Assembly (NCBI GenBank): GCA_965248195.1
Contig: CBDFIQ010000002.1
Span: 3,008,001 to 3,072,000 of the forward strand
DNA length: 64,000 nucleotides
From: Longimicrobiales bacterium
Lineage (GTDB): Bacteria > Gemmatimonadota > Gemmatimonadetes > Longimicrobiales > Gaopeijiaceae
Direction: 5' to 3'
Shown: positions 10,662 through 20,915 of the stretch, one piece after another
How the letters are laid out: each line of letters opens with the position of its first letter
How positions within the stretch are numbered: position 1 is the first letter of the stretch
Position numbers and translations under genes: made by a program
Notes under the pieces: generated by a model
Told to the model about the DNA's origin: nothing
The model's database searches: none
What the model saw: the letters and a program-made list of their open reading frames with translations, nothing else

Positions 10662-11972
10662 CTAACGTGCCGCGAGCTGTGCCTCGATCGACTCCCGCAT
10701 CGATGGCAAGTACTCCAGGACATTCTCGTAGTAGATTTTCCGCAGCACCTCATCCGGGAGGCCGAGCCCGGAGATGTTGTACCGGCCATGCCCGGGGGAC
10801 CCGCCTGGTGTGCGGACCTGCGCCGGATGGTAGAAATGTTCGTCGAAGGTCTCTAGGAAGCGCCAGTGCGGAGTCCAGAACTCATCGACTCCCCGCCGGG
10901 CGTTCCCATCGGATCCGAAGATGATCTGATCCTGGTATCTGATGAAAAACTCTCGCCACAACCTGGGAGCCCGGCCCAAGTCTTGGACCGCCGCCGAGAT
11001 CTCGACGGCAACGTTTGGAAACTCGTCCAAGAATGCCGAGAGCGCCTGGGGGTTATAGTACTGCATGGTCATGTGCGCCCAGATGAACCGCGTATTCGGA
11101 TGTCGCCGCATGAGGTTTTCTCGTGCCTGCTCGATCAGCTCACGCGGCGGCCCGTCGTCGTAGATATTGGTGTCGCCCGGGTACCGCCACAGACCGGCTT
11201 CATGCCGTTCGTTGAGGGGGCCTATCGGGTAGAACCGGCCGACAGAATCGCTCGTGTGGATGACTATCGGCAGGTTGTATCGTGCGGCCATCTCCCAAAT
11301 CGGATCGAGGCGCGGGTCGTCCGCCTGGATGAACGTCCCGTCCGGGTTCTGCCACCCCTGTCCGATCGACTTACTCACCTCTCCCATACATGCGGCACCC
11401 GCCTGGATCGACCGCTCCATCTCGGCGGCGAAGCGCTCTGCCCACCCGGGGGTGGATAGGCTGTCACCGTTCCCACTGATGTTGACGCAGTTCACGACCC
11501 GGTCCCGGTAGGGCTCCCCCGCCGCCAGAATCTCATCGAGGCGCTCCCCGCTTCCGCCACTCATGTTCCAAATCACGCCGATCCCCGCGGAATCCATCAC
11601 CGCGATCAGCTGTTCGTACGCCTCGGGGGTGGTGAGGCCCCCGGCGTGGACGTGGACGTCGACCGCCGGATATTTCGCGCGAAAGATGTTGGTCCTAGGA
11701 AGCTGGAGCAGGATATAGGGCATCGCCGGTTGCTCGATCTCGCTGGGTTCCCATCCCGGCGGCGGAATCGTGGCCTCCAAGGGAGGCATCTCCGGGATGT
11801 AGATCCCGCCCTCGGGCACGCCTGCCGGCGCGTGCGGAATGATCGGAACCAGGGTCCCGTCGCGCGCCCGGATATCGTCGTTCGACCATTCCTGAGCACT
11901 CGCGGAGGGAGCCGAGAAGCCGACGACGAGTGCCGCTGCGAGGAGAGCCCTTACTGCTGATGAAGCGCGCAT
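10662..11972 (-). CDS. Secreted amidohydrolase family protein (amidohydro_2-like)
   Basis: Signal peptide ending ASAQ; DVHVH metal motif, DDPRLDPIWE...LPIVIH, IIFGSD, LRKIYYEN. Confidence 0.85.
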   Translation of the reverse strand: MRASSAVRALLAAALVVGFSAPSASAQEWSNDDIRARDGTLVPIIPHAPAGVPEGGIYIPEMPPLEATIPPPGWEPSEIEQPAMPYILLQLPRTNIFRAKYPAVDVHVHAGGLTTPEAYEQLIAVMDSAGIGVIWNMSGGSGERLDEILAAGEPYRDRVVNCVNISGNGDSLSTPGWAERFAAEMERSIQAGAACMGEVSKSIGQGWQNPDGTFIQADDPRLDPIWEMAARYNLPIVIHTSDSVGRFYPIGPLNERHEAGLWRYPGDTNIYDDGPPRELIEQARENLMRRHPNTRFIWAHMTMQYYNPQALSAFLDEFPNVAVEISAAVQDLGRAPRLWREFFIRYQDQIIFGSDGNARRGVDEFWTPHWRFLETFDEHFYHPAQVRTPGGSPGHGRYNISGLGLPDEVLRKIYYENVLEYLPSMRESIEAQLAAR

Positions 11973-12267
11973 GGATGAAACTCCCGTTCCTTAGGATGGA
12001 CACGAACCATCGCCTCGACATCGACCGGGCGCGAGTGACGACCCGCAATGATGCGATTCTTCGTAGCTGATACCGGATGGGGCTTTCCCGACCGATCTTG
12101 GCGCAACCAAGAACGGGCTGATCATAGCATGCTATCCTTCATTCCGCACACAAGGGGCGGGTAGCCAAACCGCGAGGTCCGAATTCAGGCTCGCGGGCCC
12201 CGACGGGCACACTTCATGCGTCGATGTTTATCTGATATGTAGGTACCCCCTCAGACCCGCATAGGCC

Positions 12268-12683
12268 ATGGCCAACATACTGATTGTCGATGACGATGAG
12301 ATGATCTGGCTTGCGGAGGGTAGAATCATCGAGCAGGCCGGGCACACACCCATCTTTGCGGGCGACGGTGAAGCTGGCCTGCAGATGTACAGGAGAACGA
12401 GATCGCCCTCGTTATCACCGATCTTCGGATGCCCCAGGTGGATGGGCTGAGCCTCATCCGAGGCATTCTCGAGCACGATCCCGAGGCGGCCATAATCGCG
12501 GTGTCCAGTATGGCCCAACACCTCGATGCCGCCGAGGAGTCCGGAGCCGTCGTGGGAATGGTCAAGCCCGTCGGGTCGGAGGACCTCATCGAGAAGGTCG
12601 AAGAGATCCTGGGAAAAGTGCCACCACCGCCACCGCCAGCGGGCCCCCCCACCGCAGAGGACCCTTGGGGAATGGGAGTTTAG
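12268..12683 (+). pseudogene. Single-domain response regulator receiver (CheY-like), frameshifted near 12393
   Basis: ILIVDDD in one frame; LVITDLRMPQVDG, IIAVS and KP in the next; one added base near tacagg/agaac restores the ORF; may be a sequencing error. Confidence 0.8.
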
Positions 12684-12751
12684 CTCCCCCCCCAAGACAG
12701 AAACCGCCCACAAACCGAGCGATTTCCCCCCATTCTGGGACCTTCCTTTCA

Positions 12752-12854
12752 GGGTAATCTTTACCCGGTGACGGGAAAACTTTACCCGAATCTCTGACAG
12801 CATCAAGGGAAAAGGCCCGTGGCTATTGGGACTCTTGCATGGCACGGATCTCGC
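12752..12854 (+). promoter_or_regulatory. Tandem palindromic activator-like sites plus a sigma54-like -24/-12 element upstream of pilin genes
   Basis: gggtaatctttaccc (12752) and gggaaaactttaccc (12773), 21 bp apart; tGGcacggatctcGC at 12840-12854 (GG-N10-GC). Confidence 0.5.
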
Positions 12855-13327
12855 GGATTGTCCAGCGAGCCCTCCCATCGCTAACGTCAGGCTTTTCAAT
12901 CATCGAACTCGTCGTTGTGATGATGGTCGGATCCGTCCTCACCAGCATCGCCATGACGAGCTTCAACGGTGTCTCCGGTCGCTTCGCCACAACGGGGGCC
13001 CGGCAGACGTTCGTGGCTATGAACGCTCGTGCCCGGGCGCAAGCCGTGGAGTATGGGCGAACAGTGCGGCTGAACCTCGATCCGGACGCTGACAGCGTAT
13101 GGCTGAGTCGAGCTGGCGAAGTCCTCGAGGTCCTGGATTTTAGGGAGGAGTTCAACGTGGACATCCGCACGTCGACCAACGCTGAGCTGACCGTGTGCAT
13201 GAACGCTCGTGGCTTCGCCGACATGACATGCAACAACTTCGATTCTCCCGTGACCGTCTCCTTCTTGTTCGCGTCGGACACGGCTTCGGTCCGGGTTCTG
13301 ACGCTCGGACAGGTGGTGGTCGACTGA
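12839..13327 (+). CDS. Type IV minor pilin / GspH-FimT-like protein
   Basis: Prepilin cleavage/methylation motif G-FSIIELVVVMMV; ARAQAVEYGRTVRL. Confidence 0.8.
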   Translation: MARISRIVQRALPSLTSGFSIIELVVVMMVGSVLTSIAMTSFNGVSGRFATTGARQTFVAMNARARAQAVEYGRTVRLNLDPDADSVWLSRAGEVLEVLDFREEFNVDIRTSTNAELTVCMNARGFADMTCNNFDSPVTVSFLFASDTASVRVLTLGQVVVD

Positions 13328-13776
13328 TGTCCCGACGCAAAGGTATTCGAGCTGACGCCGGCTTCTCGCTGGTCGAGCTGATCATGGCTCTCTTCGTACT
13401 CGCCTTCGGTGTGGTGGGGCTCGCTACGACGACGCTGTTCATCACCCGCCAACTCACGCTGGCGGAGGTCACCACGGCGCGAGTCGCTGCCAGCGCCGCG
13501 CGCGTGCTGCTCATGGCGGTCGTCGGCTACACCCTGCCCCTGATCCTGGGCGATGCGCTGGGCTGGATCGCGGTCGGGACTGACGCTTACACGCTGCTCG
13601 GCGGGCTCGTGACGATCCTAGGCGCATGGGCCGGTGGACCGCACGCTATACAGTACCTCGGCCCGCAGGTGGGCGCGGTGCTCTCCCGCGTCGGTGGCGG
13701 ACGTCGCGGCTACTCAGGGCCCGAGGTGTCCGTGCGCGTGGGAGACAACCCGGCGACGGACGATGAACGCGGCTGA
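13327..13776 (+). pseudogene. PilV-like pilin N-terminus fused in frame (about 13490) to a holin-like membrane protein C-terminus; left prophage junction
   Basis: G-FSLVELIMALFVLAFGVVGL prepilin motif, then two further TM segments unlike pilins; overlaps the start of the endolysin. Confidence 0.55.
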
Positions 13777-14329
13777 ACTCGCGCTCTCGTTCACGCCCAG
13801 CATGATCGAGCTCCGTCCCAAGGCCCACGCTTGGAACGATCGGCTCAGGGAGACCCGAAAGGGCGTCATGCTCCACTACGACGCTTCGCGGTCGGACGCC
13901 GGAGCCGTCGCGTGGCTCGCTTCGCCCGACATCAAGGCGTCCTACAACCTGATCGTCTACGACGATGGATCGTGGGCCACGGTTGTGCCGCTGGAAGCCC
14001 GTGCGTGGCACGCCGGGAAGTGTCGGCCGTCTGACCGTGTGACCTCATACGAAGACGCCAACTCCGCGTTCTACGGGATCGCGATCCTGAACTCCGGGCG
14101 CGAGGACGTGACACCGCGTCAGATGCTCACGACCGCTTGGCTTACCCGGCGGCTCTTCCTGCGGCACGGCTGGCCCGTCAGCGAGGCATGGCGTCTGACC
14201 ACGCACTCCGCCGAGGCGTGGCCACGTGGCCGCAAGATCGACCCCGAAGGACCCGATCCAGCGAACCCGATACTCAGCCGGGCCGACATCCTCGATCTGC
14301 TGCCCATCGTGCACGGACCGCCCCTGTGA
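13763..14329 (+). CDS. N-acetylmuramoyl-L-alanine amidase (Amidase_2), endolysin
   Basis: GVMLHY, ASYNLIV..DG, RAWHAG, NS.FYGI, TH...RKIDP zinc amidase motifs. Confidence 0.88.
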   Translation: MNAAELALSFTPSMIELRPKAHAWNDRLRETRKGVMLHYDASRSDAGAVAWLASPDIKASYNLIVYDDGSWATVVPLEARAWHAGKCRPSDRVTSYEDANSAFYGIAILNSGREDVTPRQMLTTAWLTRRLFLRHGWPVSEAWRLTTHSAEAWPRGRKIDPEGPDPANPILSRADILDLLPIVHGPPL

Positions 14330-14970
14330 GCCTCCTGCTCCGCTACCCGCGTGAGATCGCCGTCCTCGCGCTCACCGCGCTGGCCTTCGCCGCGTTCTGG
14401 GGCTGGGTCGGTGAGCGTGAACGCGCGGCGGCCGCACAGGCACGAGCCGAGATCGTTCAACAGCGCCTCGACGCCTCCCTGGACTCCCTGGACATCGAAC
14501 GCGATCACAGGGCCAGGGCCGACTCCCAGGCTGCCCGCAACCTGCGCGAACTGGTTGACGTACGTGCCGAGAGCGAGAGAGCCGAGCGGGCAGCTGAGGA
14601 TGCGGTTCGATTGGCCGAACAAAACGTCAGCCTCACCCTGGACAGCATCCGTGACAATAATACGCCTGAAATCCGCGACGTCGCGAACATACTTGAGATG
14701 CATCTAGACCAGGAACGGGCAGCCAGCCGGACACTCGTCCGGTCGCTACGCTCACAACTCGCGGTCGCTGATTCCACTGCCCGGCTCTGGCAGACTCGCT
14801 ACGTCGCCGCCGAAAGGGTGAGCGCCACCCAAGACCAGGTGATCCAGGACTACGAGGCTCGCCTACGGGTCGAGCGGCAGCGGAACGACACGAGGTGGAC
14901 GGGCCCTTTCGTCCGTGTCCTCAAGTACGTCGGGGTGTTCGCGGCTGGGTATGCGCTGGCGAGCCGGTGA
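14326..14970 (+). CDS. Membrane-anchored coiled-coil protein, spanin-like
   Basis: N-terminal TM, long Ala/Arg/Glu coiled coil, hydrophobic C-terminus; GTGA overlap with the endolysin stop. Confidence 0.55.
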   Translation: MSLLLRYPREIAVLALTALAFAAFWGWVGERERAAAAQARAEIVQQRLDASLDSLDIERDHRARADSQAARNLRELVDVRAESERAERAAEDAVRLAEQNVSLTLDSIRDNNTPEIRDVANILEMHLDQERAASRTLVRSLRSQLAVADSTARLWQTRYVAAERVSATQDQVIQDYEARLRVERQRNDTRWTGPFVRVLKYVGVFAAGYALASR

Positions 14971-15169
14971 ATGATGAGCTTCCGAGCCCGAGCCCCGCGC
15001 TGCTAGCAAATCCACTTCAATGAGCCGAAATTGGCCCCCCAGGCCCTATTCGCCGTTTCGTGGCGGCGCTCACCCTAAGATGGTTAGGGGGTTCGGTACC
15101 TGGTGGGGCCGCACCTGCAATATTGTACCTATATTATAACGCAACGCAACGGGCCAGCACCAAGGCAGC

Positions 15170-15244
15170 TGGTCCGACCCAGTGATCGGGGTCCTCCGGT
15201 ATGTCGGGGTGTTCGCGGCGGGTTATGCGATCGCGAGTCGGTAA
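15170..15244 (+). pseudogene. Orphan diverged copy of the last 24 codons of the 14326-14970 gene
   Basis: WSDPVIGVLRYVGVFAAGYAIASR* versus WTGPFVRVLKYVGVFAAGYALASR* (14896-14970). Confidence 0.8.
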
Positions 15245-15286
15245 GGCCGCCGTTCCCTAACGGCTACCTCAAAGCAGGCGGCTGGA

Positions 15287-15874
15287 TTACTCCATGCCCA
15301 GCTGCACCTTTAACCATGACAACAGAAAGTTGCCGAGCGTGGTCCCCACCCCAAGGAGCACGGTCCCCACGCCGAGCAGCAGGACCTTGAGCCGCTTCCC
15401 TAACAGACTTCCTTCCCAACTCGTGGTGGGAAAGCCAATCTCATCCAGAACAATGAACGGAATCCGGGCAAACCACATCAGCAGTCTGAAGAGCCACCAA
15501 AACGGATTGATCGTGCGAAAAAGCGCTGCCCGACGAGTAGACTGGTAAACGCCAATAGCCCTCTCTATCAGGTCGGTTACTTGGCTTTCTGGAATCTCGA
15601 ATTCGTCCAACTTGAACACATTATAAATCACGTCGACGTCGTGCGTATATCTGCCCACGTTAGATGGCGCCCTCCACTTAATGATAGGATTTACGTTCGC
15701 CCCGTAGATGATATGATGAGCCCAGTCAACTGTGTGGGTGATTCGTTCCCGTGCCTGTACGCTTTCAGTTTTCTTAGGACTGTTGAAATAGATTACGACA
15801 TCACTGTGAAATTTTTTCAAGATCTGCAGACGCCTAGTGTTTTCCCAAAAGTGGATGCGCCTGTATGAATTCAT
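15287..15874 (-). CDS. Low-GC hypothetical membrane protein (moron-like)
   Basis: 195-aa ORF, visibly AT-richer than its flanks, hydrophobic C-terminal segments. Confidence 0.6.
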   Translation of the reverse strand: MNSYRRIHFWENTRRLQILKKFHSDVVIYFNSPKKTESVQARERITHTVDWAHHIIYGANVNPIIKWRAPSNVGRYTHDVDVIYNVFKLDEFEIPESQVTDLIERAIGVYQSTRRAALFRTINPFWWLFRLLMWFARIPFIVLDEIGFPTTSWEGSLLGKRLKVLLLGVGTVLLGVGTTLGNFLLSWLKVQLGME

Positions 15875-15879
15875 AGCGA

Positions 15880-16793
15880 TTGTACCGGCAGTTGTATTCG
15901 TTGTCGCCGGGGATCATCTGGCCGTTCGAGTAGCTTTGGTCGCCGTGCGCCTCTTCGCCCTCCATGTCCTCGTGGCTTTGTCGGCGCCTGGAGTCATTGA
16001 CGCCAAGCCAGCGCCGGTAGAGAGCGGCCCTGGGGATGACACCGCGCTGTACGGCGTCCAGCCACGAGAGCCGTTGACCGCGTTTCTGGGCCTCGAGCGC
16101 GATGCTCTTCGCCTGCGTGTCGGCGTTGTACGCGATCATGCGCCGGCGGTAGGCGCCGCTCATCTGATCGACCTGCGCAGCCGAGAGGCCAGTACCACGC
16201 TGACCCAACGCCTTCCGCAGCGTGGGATCGAAGCGTCGGTCACGGAGCTCACGGGTGAGCGCCTGTCGATCGCCGCGACGGAGCATGTCTTCGAGGTTTC
16301 GGATATCCCGCTCCTGGTTCGGAGCGAGCCCGATCACTCCCCGGATCCGGCGTGCGGCGGTGCGGGGATGCTGGCGGCGAGTGCCTCAATCCCCAGCCCT
16401 ACGCACGGTCTCACGCACGCCGGCCTTGATTCGAGCGATGGCGATCGCGTTGCGATCCCGTGCGGCATCGAGGATAAGCGGGTTGAGTACGTCGAAGGCG
16501 GCAGGCCGGAATGCTCGCGGGAGTTCCGCGGTTGCCATGGCCGCGGAGCTCGCCAGCGTCTGGTTCATGGCGACCCGGAACGAAAGAAGCCCCGGCTCGA
16601 GCGCTTCGTCGGAGAGCAGCTCTGCGATCATCGGCTCGATGAACCCGAGCTCGATGGCGTCAACGAGCTCGCGCTCGGTGAGTAGTCGACGGATGAAGTC
16701 GTAGAGCGCCAACTCGCGGCGCGCTAATATCGGTGACTGTTCGAGAGCCCGACGCTGTAGCCGCCTCCGCAGTGCTCGTTCGCCCGGAGTCAC
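15880..16793 (-). pseudogene. Phage head morphogenesis / minor capsid protein (Mu gpF-like), frameshifted near 16350-16395
   Basis: Follows the portal; C-terminal RRWLGVNDSRRRQSHEDMEG...PG...YNCR motif; needs frame changes to join the 16386-16793 and 16337-15880 parts. Confidence 0.7.
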
Positions 16794-16839
16794 GCCGGGC
16801 ACGCCTGGGCGGGTACTGGCTTCACCATGCTGACGATGC

Positions 16840-18432
16840 TCACCCGTCCTCCTCATCGTCGGGATCGCCTCGTCCCGCCATCCGGGCCAAGGCATCGAAG
16901 TCACGGTCGTCCTCACCCTCACGCTCGGCCTCGATGCGCGGCTTTTCGACAGCCCAATCGATACCGTCGTCTCCAGCCCAGCCCTCACGCGAGAGGACCT
17001 TCGCGTCGTGCCGGATCTGGTTCGCCCGCGTGTGCTTCAACTCGTCGCGAGCGAGCAGCGGCGGATAGGCGATCGCGACGTCCATGGTGTCGATGTCCTC
17101 GGCACTGAGCCCTTCGATCTGGTTCGCCTCGGCCGCAGCCTTCATGACCCAACGGTAGATCTCGAGATAGACCGGCGCGAAAAAATCCTGCCAGGCTTCG
17201 AACTCCCGGATGGCCGGCCCTTCGGCCGTCATGGTCGAGGCGAAGTTCGAATTCGATGCGTCGCCCGTGAACATGTACTCGGGCAGACCCGTCGCCGCGG
17301 CCTCGGAGAGCAGGATGTTGCGGCCGTCGTGTTGAGCGTCTTGGGCCTGCAGGTTCGGGGTCAGGAACTCGTAGCTGATCCCCGGGGTGGCGTGCACCGT
17401 TGTGCCGGGCTTCAGCATCTTTTGCCTGCGTGTGTTCGCCGCCTCCTCGCGCTCGGGCGCGTGGTTGGAGCGCACACTGGAGAGCTGCGCGGCCGTGCCC
17501 TCGACCTTCTTGACCAGCACGACCGCCGCCCTGACGAGGTTGAGGATGACACGGTATTCGAGCCAGTCCTCGTATTGCTTGTTTCGTTTCAAGATCGGCT
17601 CCAGGAGCGAGCGGCCGCGCTTCACGTCCTGGGCGACGCGGATCTTGACGTGCATGACCTCCTTCGCCGCGAGGACCTCTTCGACCTTCGTCCCGTCCGG
17701 CGCCCACAGGTACGCGAGGACGGTGCACACGTCTTTCGCGGCGGTGAGTATCCCGTGCGAAATCTTGTTCTGTGGATCGGTGATCTGGTCCGCCGGGATC
17801 AGCCGGAGGATGACCATGCCCTCTGGGATGTCTTCGGGCTGGAGCTCGGTCTCGTCGACCCCGATGCCGAGGCCTCGGAGGTACGCTAGCTGCTTCGCGG
17901 CTGGCTCCCACTCCTGCGGCGGGCCCTCGTCGATCTGCTCGAAACGCCGAATGAAGGTCTCGCCGTCGCGCCACGTGCGCAGCGGAATCTCGTCCTCGAG
18001 CTGCTCGTCCCACTTGTTGATGACCTTGAACCGATCCCACCAGTTGGACATGGCCTCCGTGGTCTCGTCGGGCATATCAACGGGCGAGAACTCCGGGCCT
18101 TTGCCGATCACGAATCGAGCCATCGATCGTAGGTAGCCGACCATGTGGGCTGACTTGAGCGACACCTCGATCGCTTTCTTGCGGAGCGACTCGGCGGTAT
18201 CGGGCTCGAGTTCCCGCGCGCCGGGCTTGCCCAGCATGTTGTCCGTGAACCCGTCGTCCTCCGGGGTGACGCGTCTCACGACCTCCTCGAGGGTCTGTGA
18301 GGCAGCCTGCAACGACAGCCTTTCGAACCTCGCATGGTCCTCCCGCGCCATGCGCTCCTCGCACGGGGCGCGCAGGAGCGAACCCATCATCCGCAGGAAT
18401 CCGGGGCGCTGCTCTCCGCTGCTCTCGTTCAC
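16840..18432 (-). CDS. Phage portal protein (module B)
   Basis: About 530 aa directly after TerL (GTGA overlap); RDGETFIR, KRGRSLLEPI, GLPEYMFTGDASNSNFAS motifs. Confidence 0.85.
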   Translation of the reverse strand: MNESSGEQRPGFLRMMGSLLRAPCEERMAREDHARFERLSLQAASQTLEEVVRRVTPEDDGFTDNMLGKPGARELEPDTAESLRKKAIEVSLKSAHMVGYLRSMARFVIGKGPEFSPVDMPDETTEAMSNWWDRFKVINKWDEQLEDEIPLRTWRDGETFIRRFEQIDEGPPQEWEPAAKQLAYLRGLGIGVDETELQPEDIPEGMVILRLIPADQITDPQNKISHGILTAAKDVCTVLAYLWAPDGTKVEEVLAAKEVMHVKIRVAQDVKRGRSLLEPILKRNKQYEDWLEYRVILNLVRAAVVLVKKVEGTAAQLSSVRSNHAPEREEAANTRRQKMLKPGTTVHATPGISYEFLTPNLQAQDAQHDGRNILLSEAAATGLPEYMFTGDASNSNFASTMTAEGPAIREFEAWQDFFAPVYLEIYRWVMKAAAEANQIEGLSAEDIDTMDVAIAYPPLLARDELKHTRANQIRHDAKVLSREGWAGDDGIDWAVEKPRIEAEREGEDDRDFDALARMAGRGDPDDEEDG

Positions 18433-19719
18433 AGTACGAATCCTCCCTCTTCGGCGAAGTCGTACTCGACTTCGGTGGCTTCTGGCAGCTCTGGCTCGGA
18501 CAGCTTCGACAGGATGTAGCGCTCGGCGTCCATGAAGTGGAACGTGCTTTTGTCCTCGATCTTCGCGGTCGGCTGGTCCATGTCGTCCAACGCCCGCCGG
18601 TAGGTTTCCTTCTCCTCGAGGTAGCCCTCGCACGTGTCGAATACTTTGATTTCGCCCCTGGCGTGGAAGGCGTACACACGATCGATGCCTACCTCGACGT
18701 CACTGAAATCCGGGCCCTCTACGCCGAGACCTGCGGCTGCGAATTCCTCTCGCCATTGGTCCTCTGACTTCGAGCCTCCCGCGCAGAGGGTCGGATATTT
18801 CTCGCCGCTCGTCATGGCCTCGACGTGCTGCGCCGCCGTGCGGCCGCCTGCCTTGTATTCCCGGTACAGGTAGAGCGTCGGGCTCCCTGGCTCTTGGGCG
18901 TAGAACAGAGCGGTCGTATTCACGCCTCCGAAGTCGAGGCCCATGTAGCGATGCCAGCGGGCGGGCACCTTGAAGGCCGGGATCTTGTCGTGGTCCGGAT
19001 CGAATGCGTCGTAGATGACACCGGCCGGGCGTGTGAAGATGCCGCGGTAAAAGAGATCGAACTTCCACCGCGGAAGATCCCTTTTCGCACGCTCCCATTC
19101 GGCACGCGGAAACATCGGGTTGGCGATGGACTCGAAACGGATGAACTCGATGTCCTCGCCTCCAGCCTTCCAGGGATCGTAGAGCTTTTGTTTGAGCCAG
19201 CCGAGGTCGTAGGCACCGCCCCTCATGGATCGACAGGCGCCGCAGAATGGCCTCCCAACTGCCGAGCTTGAACTTCCGTTGCCCCGCTTCGTCCAACCAC
19301 GCTGCTTTCGCGGTTGCAGACTCGAGCGATTCCGGATCCTCCGCGTAGCCGAAGAAGATCTGCGTGGGCTCGTCTTGCTCAGCGCCGAAGAGCTTCACCT
19401 CGCCGCCCTTCGAGACCACGAGGACCTTGTCCGAGGAGCGGTAGTTCCCGAGACCAAGTAGGTCCTGGAAGAGCCGTTTGAATTCCGGGAGCGCCTTCTT
19501 GTCCAAGAGCTTGTAGGTGGGACTCACGACGAGGTAGTCGCCTGGGCCGCGGCGTGTGATCTCCCGATGAAGCCAAGCCGGCCCGACGACAGTTTTACCA
19601 GCTTGGGTGCCGGCCACAATCGCGATCAACCGCCGGACGCTCTTCATCGCCTTCGCCTGCCAACAATGGAAGTTGAACCTCAGGACACCCGCATCAGAGA
19701 TCTCCATGAACGGCTTCAT
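18429..19719 (-). pseudogene. Terminase large subunit (Terminase_6-type, module B), split near 19211
   Basis: Walker A AGTQAGKT, Walker B WLDEAG, nuclease GLDFG and HFMDAERY; frame break where the TT.P coupling motif is expected. Confidence 0.88.
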
Positions 19720-20050
19720 TCGGATTCCTCGTCGTCGGCTTCCGTGACGTTGTGCTCGACGGATGTGATCTCGATCGCGCCGCCGCCCTTGCCGAAGAGC
19801 TCGTGCGCGATCCTCGGCGGAGCCAGTTCTGGGATACGTCTCTCCGTCACCCTGAAGGCGAGGTTGGCGTCGCCTCCGTCAATGGCCGCATAGAGCGTCC
19901 GTTGGGAAACTTCGACGAGTCCTTTCAGCCATCGGTCACTCGCCTCATGGCACGCATCCGGCCACCAAGGCGATACCTCCCAACGCTGTAATGTGCGAAA
20001 GCCGATCCCGGCGCTTTTGGCGGCTTCTTTTTGGGTGAGTCCGGTAAGGC
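19716..20050 (-). pseudogene. Terminase small subunit-like HTH protein (module B), N-terminally truncated
   Basis: GLTQKEAAKSAGIGFRTLQRWE HTH and HELFGKGGGAIEI tail; stop overlaps the TerL start; no own start codon. Confidence 0.65.
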
Positions 20051-20659
20051 GTCCCACATCCAGTATGCGACGGGCCGAGCCCACTTGTCCGTCTCGACGC
20101 CCATGCGGATCTCGTTCGTACCCTTGCCCGCGGGCCTATTGAACTCCTCGTCGAGTTGGTCGGCGTCGAGAAGCTGGACGGCGAAACTGAAGTCGTTCCG
20201 GAAGCCGGGCAACATGCGCAGGATCCCCTCGCCGTCCATCGCCTCGGTCTGCAGCACGACCTCCGAGATCCCCTGCCACGACAACCGCCCATCCGCCGAG
20301 GAGGATCTCGGATCACCCCAACGACGCCACGCCTCTTCGATCTTCTTAGCCGCGCCCTCATCGAGTTCGCCGTCGAAACCGAGCGGCTGAGACTGAAGCC
20401 GAATCCCGTGCGGGCCGATGATGTTGTCGGCGAGCAGATCGACGAAGCGGGAGCAATGCGCCGTATTCCGGGCCATCTCGCGAGCTCGCTTCCGGAGCGT
20501 GCGAAGGTCGCCACGCACCTCTGCGTCCGCGCTCCGGATCGAGGCGAGGATCCAGTCTTCGGTGAGACGATTCTGCACCGCGCCGCGGAAGGATGTCCCC
20601 TTCGGGTGAGCCCGTGCACCGCGCATCCGCCGAGATGCCTCGCGCAGCGGGTTACCCAT
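20050..20659 (-). pseudogene. Lambda-family portal protein (module A), N-terminal about 200 aa only
   Basis: LRKRAREMARN, NIIG..GIRLQ, DGEG, QLLDADQL, IRMGVE.DKWARPVAYW; then runs into TerS-B sequence. Confidence 0.85.
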
Positions 20660-20915
20660 CGTCGGTCTTCGACTTGCTCAGGTCGTAAAGCCCCGCGCTC
20701 ATCACGTTAAACATCCAGCGCCAGCCGGTGAGCGAGAGGAGTAGAACGCCGCCCGAGAATATCCAGGCCTCGACGCTCGTAAGGCGCGCGATGCCCCATG
20801 TGACCAGCGCCCAGCCGCCGAGCAGCGTGACCGATACCGTGATCTCGGCCGCCACGGAACGGACCGCGCGTAAAGCCTCACGAAACCGCACCGAAGACCA
20901 CCTTCCGCCTTTCAT
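20652..20915 (-). CDS. Small two-TM phage membrane protein
   Basis: Hydrophobic ORF between the head-joining-like gene and the portal; start uncertain. Confidence 0.5.
   Translation of the reverse strand: MKGGRWSSVRFREALRAVRSVAAEITVSVTLLGGWALVTWGIARLTSVEAWIFSGGVLLLSLTGWRWMFNVMSAGLYDLSKSKTDDG

Noticed and set aside
12380..12400. Programmed frameshift in the receiver gene
   Set aside because: No slippery heptamer or stimulatory structure; a one-base loss or sequencing error is simpler
14896..15244. DGR template/variable repeat pair
   Set aside because: Mismatches are not confined to adenines, many are synonymous, and no reverse transcriptase is in the window
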